Assembly: GCA_013265495.1 (NCBI GenBank)
Contig: MU057711.1
Coordinates: forward strand, 124,001 to 188,000
Reading direction: 5' to 3'
DNA: 64,000 bases
From: Vicugna vicugna
Lineage: Eukaryota
The position numbers and the translations under genes are program-made. Under the pieces are notes generated by a model that did not search any database, was not told the origin of the DNA, and saw only the letters and a list, made by a program, of their open reading frames with translations. This document shows, one piece after another, positions 36,605 through 48,884 of the stretch (position 1 is its first letter; every line of letters begins with the position of its first letter).

Positions 36605-38061
36605 TCACAGAACTGATTAATTTCATTCTTTTCTTTGATATCTTATAATTCTTCACGTATGTAGGCCTTTTTCGTCTACTAAAGATTTCAGGATGAATGC
36701 AGAGAGTCTCAGGAAACAAGAAAAATATGAAATCTTTACTAGGAAGAAGCTCAGTTTTACATTTAAGCACTAGCTTAGTCTTTTTACCTAGTTTTTTCCT
36801 TAAAGAGATCAGGACATATGATGGTGTTTATAACAAATGGAGGTTCATTATCAACTGCTAAAGCAGTGAGGCCTATCACTGTCATTTTATACATTCAAAG
36901 ATATCATTTATGAAATACTTAATTTTGGATTTTAATGCAGATTTGAAATCTACAGTGAAGACTAAATAATCATTATATTTCTAAAAGCCTTTCAAGATTC
37001 ACAATGAAAAATAAGTTCTTTTTTTACCAATCCTGGCAATACACTATCAAAACATACATACCTAATTTTACATTTTTAATAATAGAACCATTTTAAAATT
37101 ATTTATATTACACTTGAAAACTTAACAAAACATTCTGGAGTCTTGTCATAATGTTGTCTGAGTGACCCAACCAACAAGTAGGCCTTAAATTCAATTTACA
37201 TTTAATTCTACTTAAGGGCAAATAGTAAGACAGTACGTTTCCAGTCTATGGACAATTATTTTCTAAATGGTATCAATATAAAAACATATATAAAATAGGT
37301 TTTAATTAAAGTGAAGATGAGGAAAATACTGAAAAGGATAAGATTAAGAAAAACAATATAATAATAGCTTTATTTTAATGCAGCTATTTATTATGTGTCA
37401 GATACTACATGAAGTACTTAATAGCTATTATCTACTAATTTAATCTCCATGACAACAGATAGGAAACTGAATGTTTGGAGTGATTAAGCTGTTTCCAGTA
37501 TTAAACAGCTGGTTAAATGGAATAGCTGAAATTCAAATTCAGTTGTGTTGGCCCGTTGTAATGCCAGTTTCCTCAAAGAATTCTAACAATACTTTAACTT
37601 TCCCATGAACCATATCTCGTCTTTAAAAATAAAGATACAGCAACCACACATGCTGCTAAGCAAGCTGCATCTACCGTGTATATCACTGATGTGTACATAT
37701 GTTCGCATGTACAGTCACACACACTGCACATACTTGTAATACTTGTCCAAATACACTCATGATTTGGTGGCCAAAAGTACCCTGAAACAGAGAGTAACAT
37801 ACTACAAAGGGTTAGATGGGTACTTAACCAGATTTTATTTCTAAAACTGCCCAGCTTCCAAATGGTTATAAAAATAGGAAGTAGAAGTTTTAAAGATATC
37901 AGATTTACACATGTATTTACCTCTTCTTTCACAGAACCGACTAAAATGATGTGGAATTTTTATTTGTTTTTTAGAAAGTATAACCCTCAAAGACAAAAAG
38001 ATGATGAAAGGATATAACAAATGGAGGGATGCTAACTGACTTAGCATGGCATGGAAACTTA

Positions 38062-38279
38062 CAGTTGATCCATGAAGAATGCATGGGATTGGGGGTGCCG
38101 ACCCATCATGCAGTAAAAATCTGCGTATAATGTTAGAGCTGGCCCTCCATATCTGCAGTTCTGCATTCACAGTGCAACCAACTGCAGATGGTGTAGTACT
38201 GCTGTATGTATTTAGTGAAAAAAATCTGTGTAGAAGTGTACCTGTGCAGTTTAGACTCATGTTGTTCCAGGGTCAGCTG
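38062..38279. mobile_element. TcMar-Tigger MITE (MER8/Tigger2-like)
   Basis: Imperfect TIRs TA|CAGTTGATCCATGAAGAA ... TTGTTCCAGGGTCAGCTG. Confidence 0.8.
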
Positions 38280-38289
38280 TGTAAGCTAA

Positions 38290-40130
38290 AATGCTTGGAG
38301 AAAAAGGATCAAGAAGCTTTATGCCCTGAAGAATCTCTGAAAGTCTCCGAATTTGGAGTCATCAGAAATAGACAAAAGTGAGGCACAAGGCTGAAAACAG
38401 ATTAAATCAAAAATCTGTATTGTGAGTGAAGGTCCTTTCTCCCTCTTGTTCAATCAAGTAGTTTATCTGTGGGAAGTTTCAGGCATTAAATTTAAGTTAC
38501 AGGAGAGGGTAAGACTTTGGCCTTAAGCTAAAAACAAGGAGTTAATAGCCTATAAAAGGAACAGTTTGGCCCTTGCCCCAATCCCTGCCAAATTCCTAGG
38601 ATGCCATCTGCCAGGAACACATCATTAGGGTAAGAGTCCCACCATGCAGTTTCCAATTAGTGCTTTAGTACCTTATTCTTAATATTGTATAGTAAGTAGA
38701 CACCTGCCTTTTGGAGAAAACCACAAATATTAAAGAAAGCCAAAACAAATAGCAATAAAGAACCTGAAGGAAACAGAAAGAGTGGAGAGAACAAAAGAAA
38801 ATTTCAAAGCTACACTTGAAGATATAAGAGAAGGAAATATATTCATTAAAAAAAAAAAAGAACAGCATGTCAAGAGAAAACAATACGAGAACAAAAAAAA
38901 CTTCTTAAAGATAAAAAATATGACAGCTAACGTAAAAAATTTCAATAGAAAGCTTAAGATAAAACTGAGAAAACTTCTGGTGGGGGGGGGACACAAAAGG
39001 GAAAAAAAAAACCACAGATAAAGTAAAGAAATAAAGGATGGATTCAAGCAGTCCAATAACCAACTCATAGGAATTCCTGAGATACAGAATAAAAAATAAT
39101 AATAATCAAAGAAATAATATAAGAACATTTCAAAAAGTCCTCAAGGATAGAAGCCTCCAGATTGAAGGGGCCCACCTAATGCCCAGAGTAATAAATGAAA
39201 AATAATCTACTCTAAAATACATTATGAAATTTCAGAGAAAAATGATAAAGAAGAGATCTTAGCTTCCAAAATTAAAAATAAAATAAGTCATATTTGAAGG
39301 ATTTTGGGGAAAAAAAAACCAGCACTGGATTTTAAAAGAGCAACCCATGAAGCTAGAAGACTACAGACCAATCAAAGAGTGAACAGAAGAAGGTTTTGGA
39401 AATGGAAGGACATACTCATGCACCCTTTCTCAGGAATTTCCTGAAAGATACACTCCAGTGAAGTAAATGAAGAAGCGAAGAACAAAATGCCACAGGATGC
39501 AAGAAATAGGGCTCAAACGAAGACTAACAAAGGGAAAGTCTCCAAATAATACCTTTGCAGAAGCCCTAGAGAATGAATTCAGATCGGGGAGGAGTGCAGA
39601 GGACTCAGTGTGGGGGGGGGGGAATGCACAAAAGGTATATGGCAGATATGGTGGAATGTCTGCGGAGAAATTAAGAATATGTACCAAGAACATGATGCAA
39701 TTTATTTTTAAAAAAATAATAATTTACTCTAGGAAGGAAAAACTAGAGAAATGAAATATCGTACACATAATCTGCATGGCTAGAATGTATACAATGATTA
39801 CTGACCTAGCTAAAAACACAATATGTAACTATATGGAGATGGAGATCATTTGAAGATGCTAAATCTCTGTTTATGCTAACAACAACAACTACAACAAATC
39901 CAAGAGATAAAGATGATAACTCAAGAAACTTTAGTGTTAAAATTTATTTTAAAATATAGAAACAAACACCAGAAGAAAACAGTCAGAAGTATTAAAAGAG
40001 GTTGCATTTGAGAAGGGAATAGAGGAGTGAGGGAAGAAAATGGTGAAGGACAGTTATTTTTTTTGAAAAACATACTAAATAAATAAAATAAAATGCAAGA
40101 GTTCCTAAATTTTAGAAGTATATAAAACAA
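38290..40130 (+). mobile_element. HAL1 / old L1 ORF1-type relic
   Basis: A-rich ORF1-like sequence (ccagattgaaggggcccac...tgaaatttcagag) followed by 'catgcaccctttctcaggaa', typical of HAL1; no ORF2. Confidence 0.6.
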
Positions 40131-41548
40131 CATTATATGAAAGAAAAGGAAATGAGGATAAAAAAAAAAAAACAAATTCAGGGAATCAAGTCCTTAACAT
40201 CCTATAGATTCCTTAACTTTTAATCTTCCATGAAAAATCACTTCTAGGCAATTCATTTCTTGTATGTAATATTTATCAACTTCTCTTCCTACTCCAAGCA
40301 TGCTGACATCCAGTTACCTCAGAACATTCCTCAAGAGGGATCCACTCCTGTTTATCCATTTATAACTTTTCCCTCCATATATCAATGTTCTAACTGAAGG
40401 CAAATTTTTTTTTTACATATGTCTGAGTTTAAGTTAAATATTGTAGAATCAGAGCATGCATTAATTAGCCCATATGGGGACTTCTTAAGTTTTTAAAACA
40501 GTTTCCTAAGTAATGGCTAATCTTTCTACACACCAATTCTTCCTGCACAGGGTTAACAAGTAAATCACATCAATTTAAAATACCATTTTCATCACCTCTC
40601 CTTTAAACAAGGACTTGCAATCATTCCCCACTTCTCACGGGAATTAGTTCAATTCTTTCTGATATTTATGAAGGTTCCTAGTCTGACTTGATCCCATCTT
40701 TCTGGTCCATAACTCTCCAAAGTATACCTTCCACTTCTGCCAGGCAAATCTTTCCATCTCCTCTTCACAACATTCTGTTTCTACTGCCATCTCTTGTTAA
40801 CACTGTGTTCCCAAACTTGAAAGCCCTCACTTAAATTTTACTTATCTTAAGGTCAAGCTCAAGTTCCATGACTTTCTAGAAGCTGCCACTTTAGCCTGTG
40901 CTGACTCATCTCTTCCTCACTGAACCAAACAGCAATCAATCCTTGCTTCTCGTAGTTTCAAAACTGTATTGGCTCACTGAGGGTCACTGTGTTTTATGCA
41001 ATGCAAATCATATTAAAAAAAAAACACATAGAACTATTATTTGAACATCTGAAAAATTCAGCTTGATTTGAATTTCCTCCAAATCAACCTATTAGTCACC
41101 TGTGAGTCACTACATTAGTCAATAAACAAAAAAATTAGAACAGAGGTCATTGACCCCAGTGCAAACTTCTCCCTCGCACCACCCACAAAACACACAGTTG
41201 ACACAATGAGTCTATGAGTGAGCTGCTCCCGCAGGAACACTCAGCATGAGGGACAATTCCCAAGACATTCGAGAAAGCATATCTGATTGCAAGGGACTGG
41301 AGGTTGTTAATGAAGGAAGAGAACTGAATCCAGTCAAAATTATTTATTTTTTAAACTAAATCATTTTTGAACTTTGGTATGCTCACTGATTTTCCTAACA
41401 AATCACTTGCTACTCATACCTCATGACTAGTGGTTTTGTATCACATCACATTAGAGTAAAATTGATTTCAAAGACAATTCAATTAGTTATTGTATATCCA
41501 TTATTATACTAATGACGGTTGTATAGAAACAAATACATTTGTACTTAC

Positions 41549-41621
41549 TTCAAGGATACTTCTACTTTGGGTTTAAAATAGGGTGCGTTCTGGTCTGCCA
41601 AAAAGACGATTAAATCATTTC
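41549..41621 (-). CDS. ITFG1: ITFG1 coding exon 2 (73 nt)
   Basis: ttttag|GAAATGATTTAATC...TCCTTGAA|gtaagt; continues frame as (R)NDLIVFLADQNAPYFKPKVEVSL(K). Confidence 0.96.
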
Positions 41622-43300
41622 CTAAAAGAAGCGAATACATATTAGAAAAATGTTTCCCAATGGTTACAAGCGGTTACAAGAAGATTTCTGGGCACTGCTC
41701 TCAACAAGAAAACTTTTATTTTACTCTAGTTTGTTAGCTATGTCAAGGTCAGTCCTTTTAGACTAATGATGGGGATTCCTAATAGTATATCACAAACTCA
41801 ATATTCAAAGCAGCAGAGAAACTGTAAAGATGAACACGGGAAAACAGCTGGTCAAGACAAACTGAAGCCAATGGCTTCTGCCAAGAGTCAGATAGACTGA
41901 CTTAAAAGAAGCACAAAAAGAACATGCTTTATAACTATAGTACATGTCAAGACTTTTTTCCCCCAAACCAACAACTCAGCTCTTTATAAATCGCTTCAGT
42001 TTATCACACAGCTGCATCACACCAAGGGCACAGAGAACTCCAATTTGTAGGTATCTGACTAGTAACAAGGACATGATTTTTTTGTATTAAAGCAGAAAAC
42101 GCTAACTCCTCCAAGACCACACTTTTGTGGCTCTGACAGAACCATCTCCCAGGCTGATGTGTTTTTGGAGCTCAATGAGCACTCATTGGAATAGACTTCT
42201 CAAATTGTTTAATCAAACACAAGGCATCTTTAAAGTTAAGGGGGGAGTCTCTGTACCCAGTTTGGACAGCGTAGCTACAGGTTAGACAGTATGTACCCTT
42301 CTCGCAGTAGACAGTCATACAGAGATAAGGAAAATATCCAGGGTCCACAAGAGCCTCTCAGGTCCTGGCAAGGGCCCCAAGAAATCCAGGACAAGTTCCT
42401 GTCAGTCTGCATAAGAGCATCACTTCCCTTACTTCACAGCCTTGACCTTAAACAGTACCTGCTTTATGGGTACTCAAGAACAAACACTAAGACGGTCTAA
42501 TGCTAATTGTCAGCATCAAGACCTACAAAAAAGTTTGTTTAGTGATGATTAAAACAAAGAACTCCCAAGAACCTCAAGCTGGCAAAGAAAGAAGAGATTT
42601 GAAATAGCAGGACGGTGACCAAAGCAAGCAAGTTTTTTTGCACACAAAGACTAGGCAGCTCAGAAGAGAGAAAAACCTGCAGTTTGAGAATCTTTTCCCA
42701 AGGAGACGCTGGGTTTACTACTGGTCCCTGCAAAATGCTTGTTTGAGCTGTGGAGTGTTTAGGGCCTTGGGAGGGCTACTACAGTAGTTTTCAAGAAGCC
42801 TGGGACGCTGACAGAGGGAGAGGCGTGTGAATTAGGTCAATGAGGCAGGGAGAAATCTCCTATAAGAGGAAACTCAGTTGCACCTTTTCCAGTGGGAGGC
42901 TGGAGAAAGTAAAACAGACAGTAATGAAGGGGCCTTGAGAGGGAAAAGGGGCAAACTATAAAGACTACTGGGAATCAGGAAGGACTTCGGAAGGCAGGTG
43001 ATTCCATGAAGAGGATGGGGCGCGTGAGTGAAGGCCGCGGACTTCTCAGGAAACACAACAACTAGGGAGTTTCCAGGGCTTGTAGGGGTGAATCAAACTG
43101 TGGACTGGCCGGGCCAGAACCTGGGTTCAGAAAAGATGGAGAATACCGGCAAGCTGTCAAAAGATGCTGGAGATAAAGGAAGAGAGACAAGGCTGAGACA
43201 GAAGAGCCGGGAAATGCAGGAGGACCGGCCGTCCAGGCACAGGGTGTGGGGAACAGCGAGAGGGGCACGCGGACAGAGGGAGGGCCGGGCAAGCACTGAC

Positions 43301-43511
43301 TTTCCCGCAGGACGAAGAGGTCCGTCTGCTTGTCAGAGTTGAGGTCTCCGAAGGCCGCCAGGGTGCCCCAGGCCTCGGCCCCAAAGAGCTCGGCCGTGAC
43401 GTTGTGCAGCGCCCGCGCCGGGGCCGGCCCGACTCCCAGCAGCGCGAGCCCCCAGAGCAGCAGCGCCAGCAACACCCAGGAGGAACCCGGCAGCCGGCCC
43501 GCCGCCGCCAT
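43301..43511 (-). CDS. ITFG1: ITFG1 (T-cell immunomodulatory protein / LINKIN) coding exon 1, 211 nt: signal peptide plus first FG-GAP-like motif
   Basis: ATG at 43511 (GCTGCCATGG context) reads MAAAGRLPGSSWVLLALLLWGLALLGVGPAPARALHNVTAELFGAEAWGTLAAFGDLNSDKQTDLFVLRE, recognisable as the ITFG1 N-terminus; donor A|GTCAGT at 43301/43300. Confidence 0.97.
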
Positions 43512-43823
43512 GGCAGCCTCTCGGCCCCCGCCCGCCGGCCCACTGCCGCGCTTGACGGCAGCCGGAAAGCACCGTGCCGCCGGCCTCGAGAGCAAGGGCG
43601 CAGCCCGACGCCCGTACGATCGGCGGCCAGGTCCCCTCGCCCTCTCAGACCCGAGGGCTGCCCCTCTGACGCTCGGAGGCCGCGGAGCTGGGCTGAAGCT
43701 CGCCTTCGCGCTCACTTCCGGCCGGCGCGCCTCCCGACAGTGTCGCGCGGGGGGGGCGGGGCCGGCTGGGCGGAGTTGACAGGCGGCCCCGGGGCGGGTG
43801 GCCGAGGCGGCGGCCCGAGCGCG

Positions 43824-43890
43824 ATGGCGGGGCTCGTGGCCGAAGCAAGCTGGAAGGTCTTGGAGCGGAGAGCCCGGACCAAGCGCTCAG
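43824..43890 (+). CDS. PHKB: PHKB (phosphorylase kinase regulatory subunit beta) coding exon 1, 67 nt
   Basis: ATG 43824 reads MAGLVAEASWKVLERRARTKRS(G), matching the PHKB N-terminus; donor CAG|gtttgg; head-to-head with ITFG1 as in other mammals. Confidence 0.95.
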
Positions 43891-46168
43891 GTTTGGCTGG
43901 CTGGGGCACCACCCCTTCCCCCGCACCGTGGGCGGTGCTACCCCTCAAGTGCCTTGGGCGGGAGGCAGACGGGGGTCCTGGAAAGAACGTGTGCTCGCGT
44001 GTTTACCCTTGGGAAGCAAGCGGTGGTCCCTGCCTTCCTTTTGATGTCTCCGTCCCATGTCTAGAAATTAGGTGGTTCGCCCACCTTTACTCCGTTATGT
44101 TCCCTCCACTCTACTTCGTGTGTGTTCCCCCTCGGAAAGTAGGTGGTGGTGCCGACTTTGCCTGGAGGCTTCTATCTTAGAAATCAGGCGGCGGCCTGGC
44201 GTGTTCTCCCTACGTGTATTCCTCCCCGAAAGTCATTCTTGAATATGACTATTTTCTGGTCCTAGAAAACTGGCGGCAGCTCATTACCTTGTTTCATATC
44301 TCCCATTCACATTACTCACAAGTTCTGAGCTCTCGCCAGTTATCTGTGTGGCAGAAAATAACGGGGACGTGGCCTCAGGCCACGAAGGAGGTCATGTTGA
44401 GCGTAGTTAGGGCTCAGAAGGAAGTGGGCCCCTTCCCTGGGCAAGCGGCCCCGGGACGCATAGTTCCCAGTTGTGGCTCTCAAACCCAAGGCCACGTGGG
44501 TCAGAATATGCTGCGCAGGCAGTTACAACAAACGGTTCAAGTGTCCTGAGGTGACTTGTTAAAATTGCAAAGTCACGACTTTGAAGTTAGCACTTGTGCT
44601 TGATAACTCATCTGAGAGCCAGGATTGAAACTTCCCTTATTCCTGGCTGGCTGGACGTAATCTTGAATTTAAAGTGTCCCTGTAAACAGGAAAGATGGGA
44701 AATGACAAGTCTTCAACTAAGAATCTTCCCTTTTAGAAGATTGATGTTACTATATAAATCAGTGGTAGGAGATGCTAATGTCAAAGTTGATAATCTAAGA
44801 ATAGTGAAAGGCATAAGCGTAGGAAAAGGCATAAGCATAGGAAAACTAACTGCATTTGCATTGAAAGTCAGCTACTTAACCATTATATTTTGGCCTTTTT
44901 GTTTTTTCCTCGATTATTTCCTGTTATATTTCGGGTTTTTCCATTTATGACGTTCTTAGTTGTTTGTTGTGCATGCTGTTTTGTTTTTAATTTGAAGAAA
45001 GTGTCTAATTTCATAAATGATAGAAGAGAAATTCACCCTAACTTTGTTGTTTATTTCATTGTTTTTAAACCTTGAAAAAGTTATGCACTTATTTACTTAG
45101 GGTTAAACCAAAACTACCACTTAAGTATGAGAGAATTTTTCAAAAATTAGTCTTTAGTATACTTTGGAGTCAATACATTTACTTAGAATAGTCACATGTT
45201 TTTGTTTCTCAAACGTTTTGTGTCATATTGAAGTATTGAGCTGACCACTATGAGTTTATCTGGGCTATAAAAAGTGTTATTAGGTTAATAATATCTGGTC
45301 AAAGAGAGTAACTGGAGTTTTCTTACAGGGAACTGAGCTCTACCCTCAACATAAAATTTTAAAGCATTTCTCTTTTCCTTTAATAAACATAGAGAGTTTA
45401 TTTTCCTCTTCGTTCTTATTTCCTCTGAACTGCATGTCATAACAGTAGGCTTTGAAAACCTACCTTCTCTTTTTAACTGAGAAAAGAATTCAAAATTTAT
45501 TTAACTATTAACATTCAACTATTGTTGAATGTAGTAACTTAAATCCAGTTTCATGTACAAACTAGTTGAGCACAGGGTGTAAATGTTGGACATTCCTATG
45601 TTTTGGAGCATCACGGCAGTGAAGGAGATACCATTTGAAGTCATCCCTCCAATTAGTTGAAGTTTTAGATTCTTCTGGTAACTATGAAGTGTAGACTATA
45701 AAGTTCCTTGAGTGAATTGTTGACTTCCTGTATCATTCAAGGCAATCACCCTGATTGTGTTTGTTACTTTTAGAACTGAGTTCTGTTTGAAACTTGGACT
45801 AACCTGACTCTGATACAGATGCCACTGCAAAGTTCTGAGCATTGTTACATAGTAGCATAATCACTTCACTGCTCAACAAAGGAGGCTACTTTTATGTAAT
45901 GTTTAGTAAATGGCTATTATGTATTTCCTGCCTCATCCATGTAAGCAAATGTAATTTATCAAAGCAAAGAAAATCAAATTTTCAAGTCATAAAAGAGAAA
46001 ATATAATGATCCTCAATTACTGTCTTTGTTGCATACTGCATCATGTTAATAACTGCTCACACTGCTTTTAATTAATCTAATGCTTATTGCTTCTAACCTT
46101 CACTAAACAGTTTTGAAAATTGCTATAGTTTAGCCTGCGACGCTTATGATTAGAGTCAACAGTTTGAA

Positions 46169-46223
46169 ATGGCCAGCTCACCTGATGCAGTCGTCTCTTC
46201 TCCACCAGCTTTCTTAAGGTCTG
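46169..46223 (+). CDS. PHKB: PHKB cassette exon 2, coding part (whole exon 46111-46223), alternative N-terminus
   Basis: Acceptor cactaaacag| at 46110 with branch-like CTAAC upstream; ATG 46169 gives MASSPDAVVSSPPAFLRS(G), resembling the known alternative PHKB N-terminus; donor G|gtaagt; same phase (1) as exon 1. Confidence 0.9.
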
Positions 46224-48884
46224 GTAAGTGTGTAGATCCCAAAAGGGTCACTTGGTCATTTTAAATATCTTTGTTTCTGAAGATTGATGTCATCATAGGA
46301 TATCATTTTGGTTTTATTTTCCTTTTGGTGGACCCAAGTCTGAGCACCATTTCTGCTATTGCAGAGCTCAGGTTTGCACTGTATGTTGAATGTGGCCTGT
46401 GGTGTTGTGAGAGGCGAGGGCAGTGCAGAGTGGAGTCTCTGCCTGGACGCTCCTTCTGTTTGACCAGGGGCAGTTTCTCAGTGTCTGGGAGGCTGAATTG
46501 TCGAATTGGCACATAAGAAGTTTCCTTAATGATTTTTGTCTTCTTGCTTAATACAGATAGCTAATGAATTAGACATTTTTGATCAGTGTCCCAATTATTT
46601 TCTCTTCATCAACTCCCTGTGAAGTAGATATTTTTCTATACATTTTCATAGATGAGAAAGGGAAGCCCACAGCATAGAAACAACTTGCTCTAGGTCCTGA
46701 GACTGTTAGGTTTCAAGGCCTTGTGCTTTGCCTTCCATCTCATGGCTTCCCAGAGAAGATGTTGGTGAAAGGACTAGAGAAGAAGTTGGTGCAGTGGCTC
46801 TTAGACTGTCATGTTGATGAGAACCTCTGTAGGCTGGATGAAAGCTGTGCAGTTGCTCCCCGGTTGAGTGCCTAGGATTTTGAAGACAATTCAGAAGAGG
46901 TCCATGTATCCAGGGAAGACTATGTATGGGTTCCCACTGGGAACCCAGGCCTTTGAACGTGTCCAGTTTCTCTTTCCGGAAGAAGAAAAGGGCTTTGTTA
47001 AGTGGCCATAGAGCTGAAATGAAGACTAAAGACTTTAAGACTTTTTCCTGTGGGTTGCAACTCACTTTGGGCCATTTAAAACCATTGTTCCCAGTGTGAA
47101 CACTGGGAAAAGCCTTTTGGCAAGAGACTGCTTTGTCTCTAATGTGCCTTAAGCAGAATATTCAAGCCTCAGGACTCAGTAATAAGTAAATGTAAGATGA
47201 GCCAGTCCAAACAGTGACAGTGAAAAATTCTTTCTTTTTGGCTTCACCATAACCATCAGAAATGGTTCTCTCCCTTTATTTCCATTTATATTTCAAGTCC
47301 TGTTTTGGCAAGATGGAGGAGGAAAATCTTAAAAGAAAACAAATTGGAGCTAGCTTAGGGAAGAGTTGCAAACAGGAGAAAACAAAGTGTATACTTTAAG
47401 AAACAAAAATGATCCATGTCTTCAGCTGTCATCTGCTAAATGACAGGATAGTATATTATATGTAACATTGCGAATTGATTTCTGATTTAATCTGTGAACT
47501 AAGAGAACAAGAGGACATAACATCTTTGAACTGTGCTTTCTTTTAAGCACCAGGCTGTTTTCCATCTTGGCTTTCCTAGGTTGATGGGTTTTCACTAGAA
47601 GAGTCATTCAGTAGTTATGGGAAAATGGAATGCTGAAGATACGCTTTTATGCATCTGTAGTTCTGAAAGTTTCAAAATGCAAGATCTATGCTGTAACATT
47701 ACATGGAATGTTTAGAGGCATATACAGGAAGTTTTTCCAATACCATATTATTAAATCTAAATAGAGAACAGCAAGAAACAAAATAGAAAAAACACCAAAC
47801 TTGATTATTATAAGCCATTTAAAAGATGAATTTCTTATAAATTACTTTCAATATTTACATTTGGGGTTTGTCTAACCAAAACTTAGTGATGAGTAAAGAA
47901 ATACTTAAAACTTTTATCTGTTTAATAGAATGGTTTGCATTATAGTTTATCTGCTAATTTAGAAACACTGCATTTATGTTGGAAAATGATTTGTTTTCCC
48001 CTATGGTAGTTCCTTGGACGTTATCTTTGGAGGAGAGTATTTTATGGTGTGATTTCATTTAATAGTCATTTTAAAGCATATCTTGTGTTCACAGCTGAGC
48101 TTTTCCCTGGTACTTTTGACTAGAAACTATCAAATGTAACCAAAAATGAAAGCCAATACCTTGATTTTTGGAAAATTGGTTTCCAGTATGCCTAGATTGT
48201 TTAGGAATTTTAACCTTCCTTATTCTTCCTAGATTTGTTTCTGCTATTTTTGTTCTTTATTTCTACTCGATATTAAATTTAGTGTGTCCTGCGTTTCTGT
48301 GTGTGCATGCTTGAGTTGTGCTGTGACTGCTAATGTGTCAGCTATTAGGGAACGAGTGTAGCATTCAGTAACTGAGATTACTTCCATTTTTCATTTGACT
48401 ACTTCAGTTATACATTAGGTTAGCAAAGTTGGTCAACTGTAGCAGTCACATTGGCATTACAGTTCAGTTTTTTGTAGTAATTGTTATGACATTTTGTGAT
48501 GAGGTAAGACATGTCTTGGCATTTTTACTTTTATTCTTAGAAGAATAGATAATTTTAAAAATTACTCTTTGAAATGAACCATTGGCTTATCTCTGTCTTG
48601 GCTCAGCATGTGACCTGAGTTTTTATTTTTACTTACTTCTTTTTAGGTTCTTTGATTAATTTGATTCGTTGGGCATATCAATACCTGGTATGTTCTGGGC
48701 AGAACTCAACTTTTTATTTTGTGTGTCTGACACTCTTTTTAGGCGTTTATTTAGCAGCCTTGTTTTCAGCCTAGTTTAACAGTCAAGGGATCAAAAAGGT
48801 TAAAGAGACTGTAGACCTGAGTTTCCTGGACTGTTATAGGTCATGGCCCCTTTTAAGAGTTTGAGGAAAGCACACATTTTGTGT

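Larger units (their letters stand above)
43020..44520. promoter_or_regulatory. CpG island / bidirectional promoter of ITFG1 and PHKB
   Basis: Very high GC and CpG density against an AT-rich background; ETS/GABPA motif CACTTCCGG at 43713-43721; GC boxes at 43753-43761, ~43768-43775 and 43791-43798; no TATA box; divergent ATGs at 43511 and 43824. Confidence 0.92.

Noticed and set aside
43501..43779. Perfect Kozak GCCGCCGCCATGG on the plus strand opening an 89-aa ORF
   Set aside because: It is the mirror image of the ITFG1 start (CCATGG palindrome plus Ala codons) and probably lies upstream of the PHKB TSS.
43404..44180. 258-aa ORF in frame with the PHKB ATG, and other long ORFs at 43.0-44.2 kb
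   Set aside because: Stop codons are scarce in a CpG island. Only the exon-1 segments match known proteins; the rest is promoter, UTR or intron read-through.
44807..44845. 18-bp tandem duplication AAAGGCATAAGC(G/A)TAGGA
   Set aside because: Real but only two copies with no spacers; ordinary slippage, not an array.
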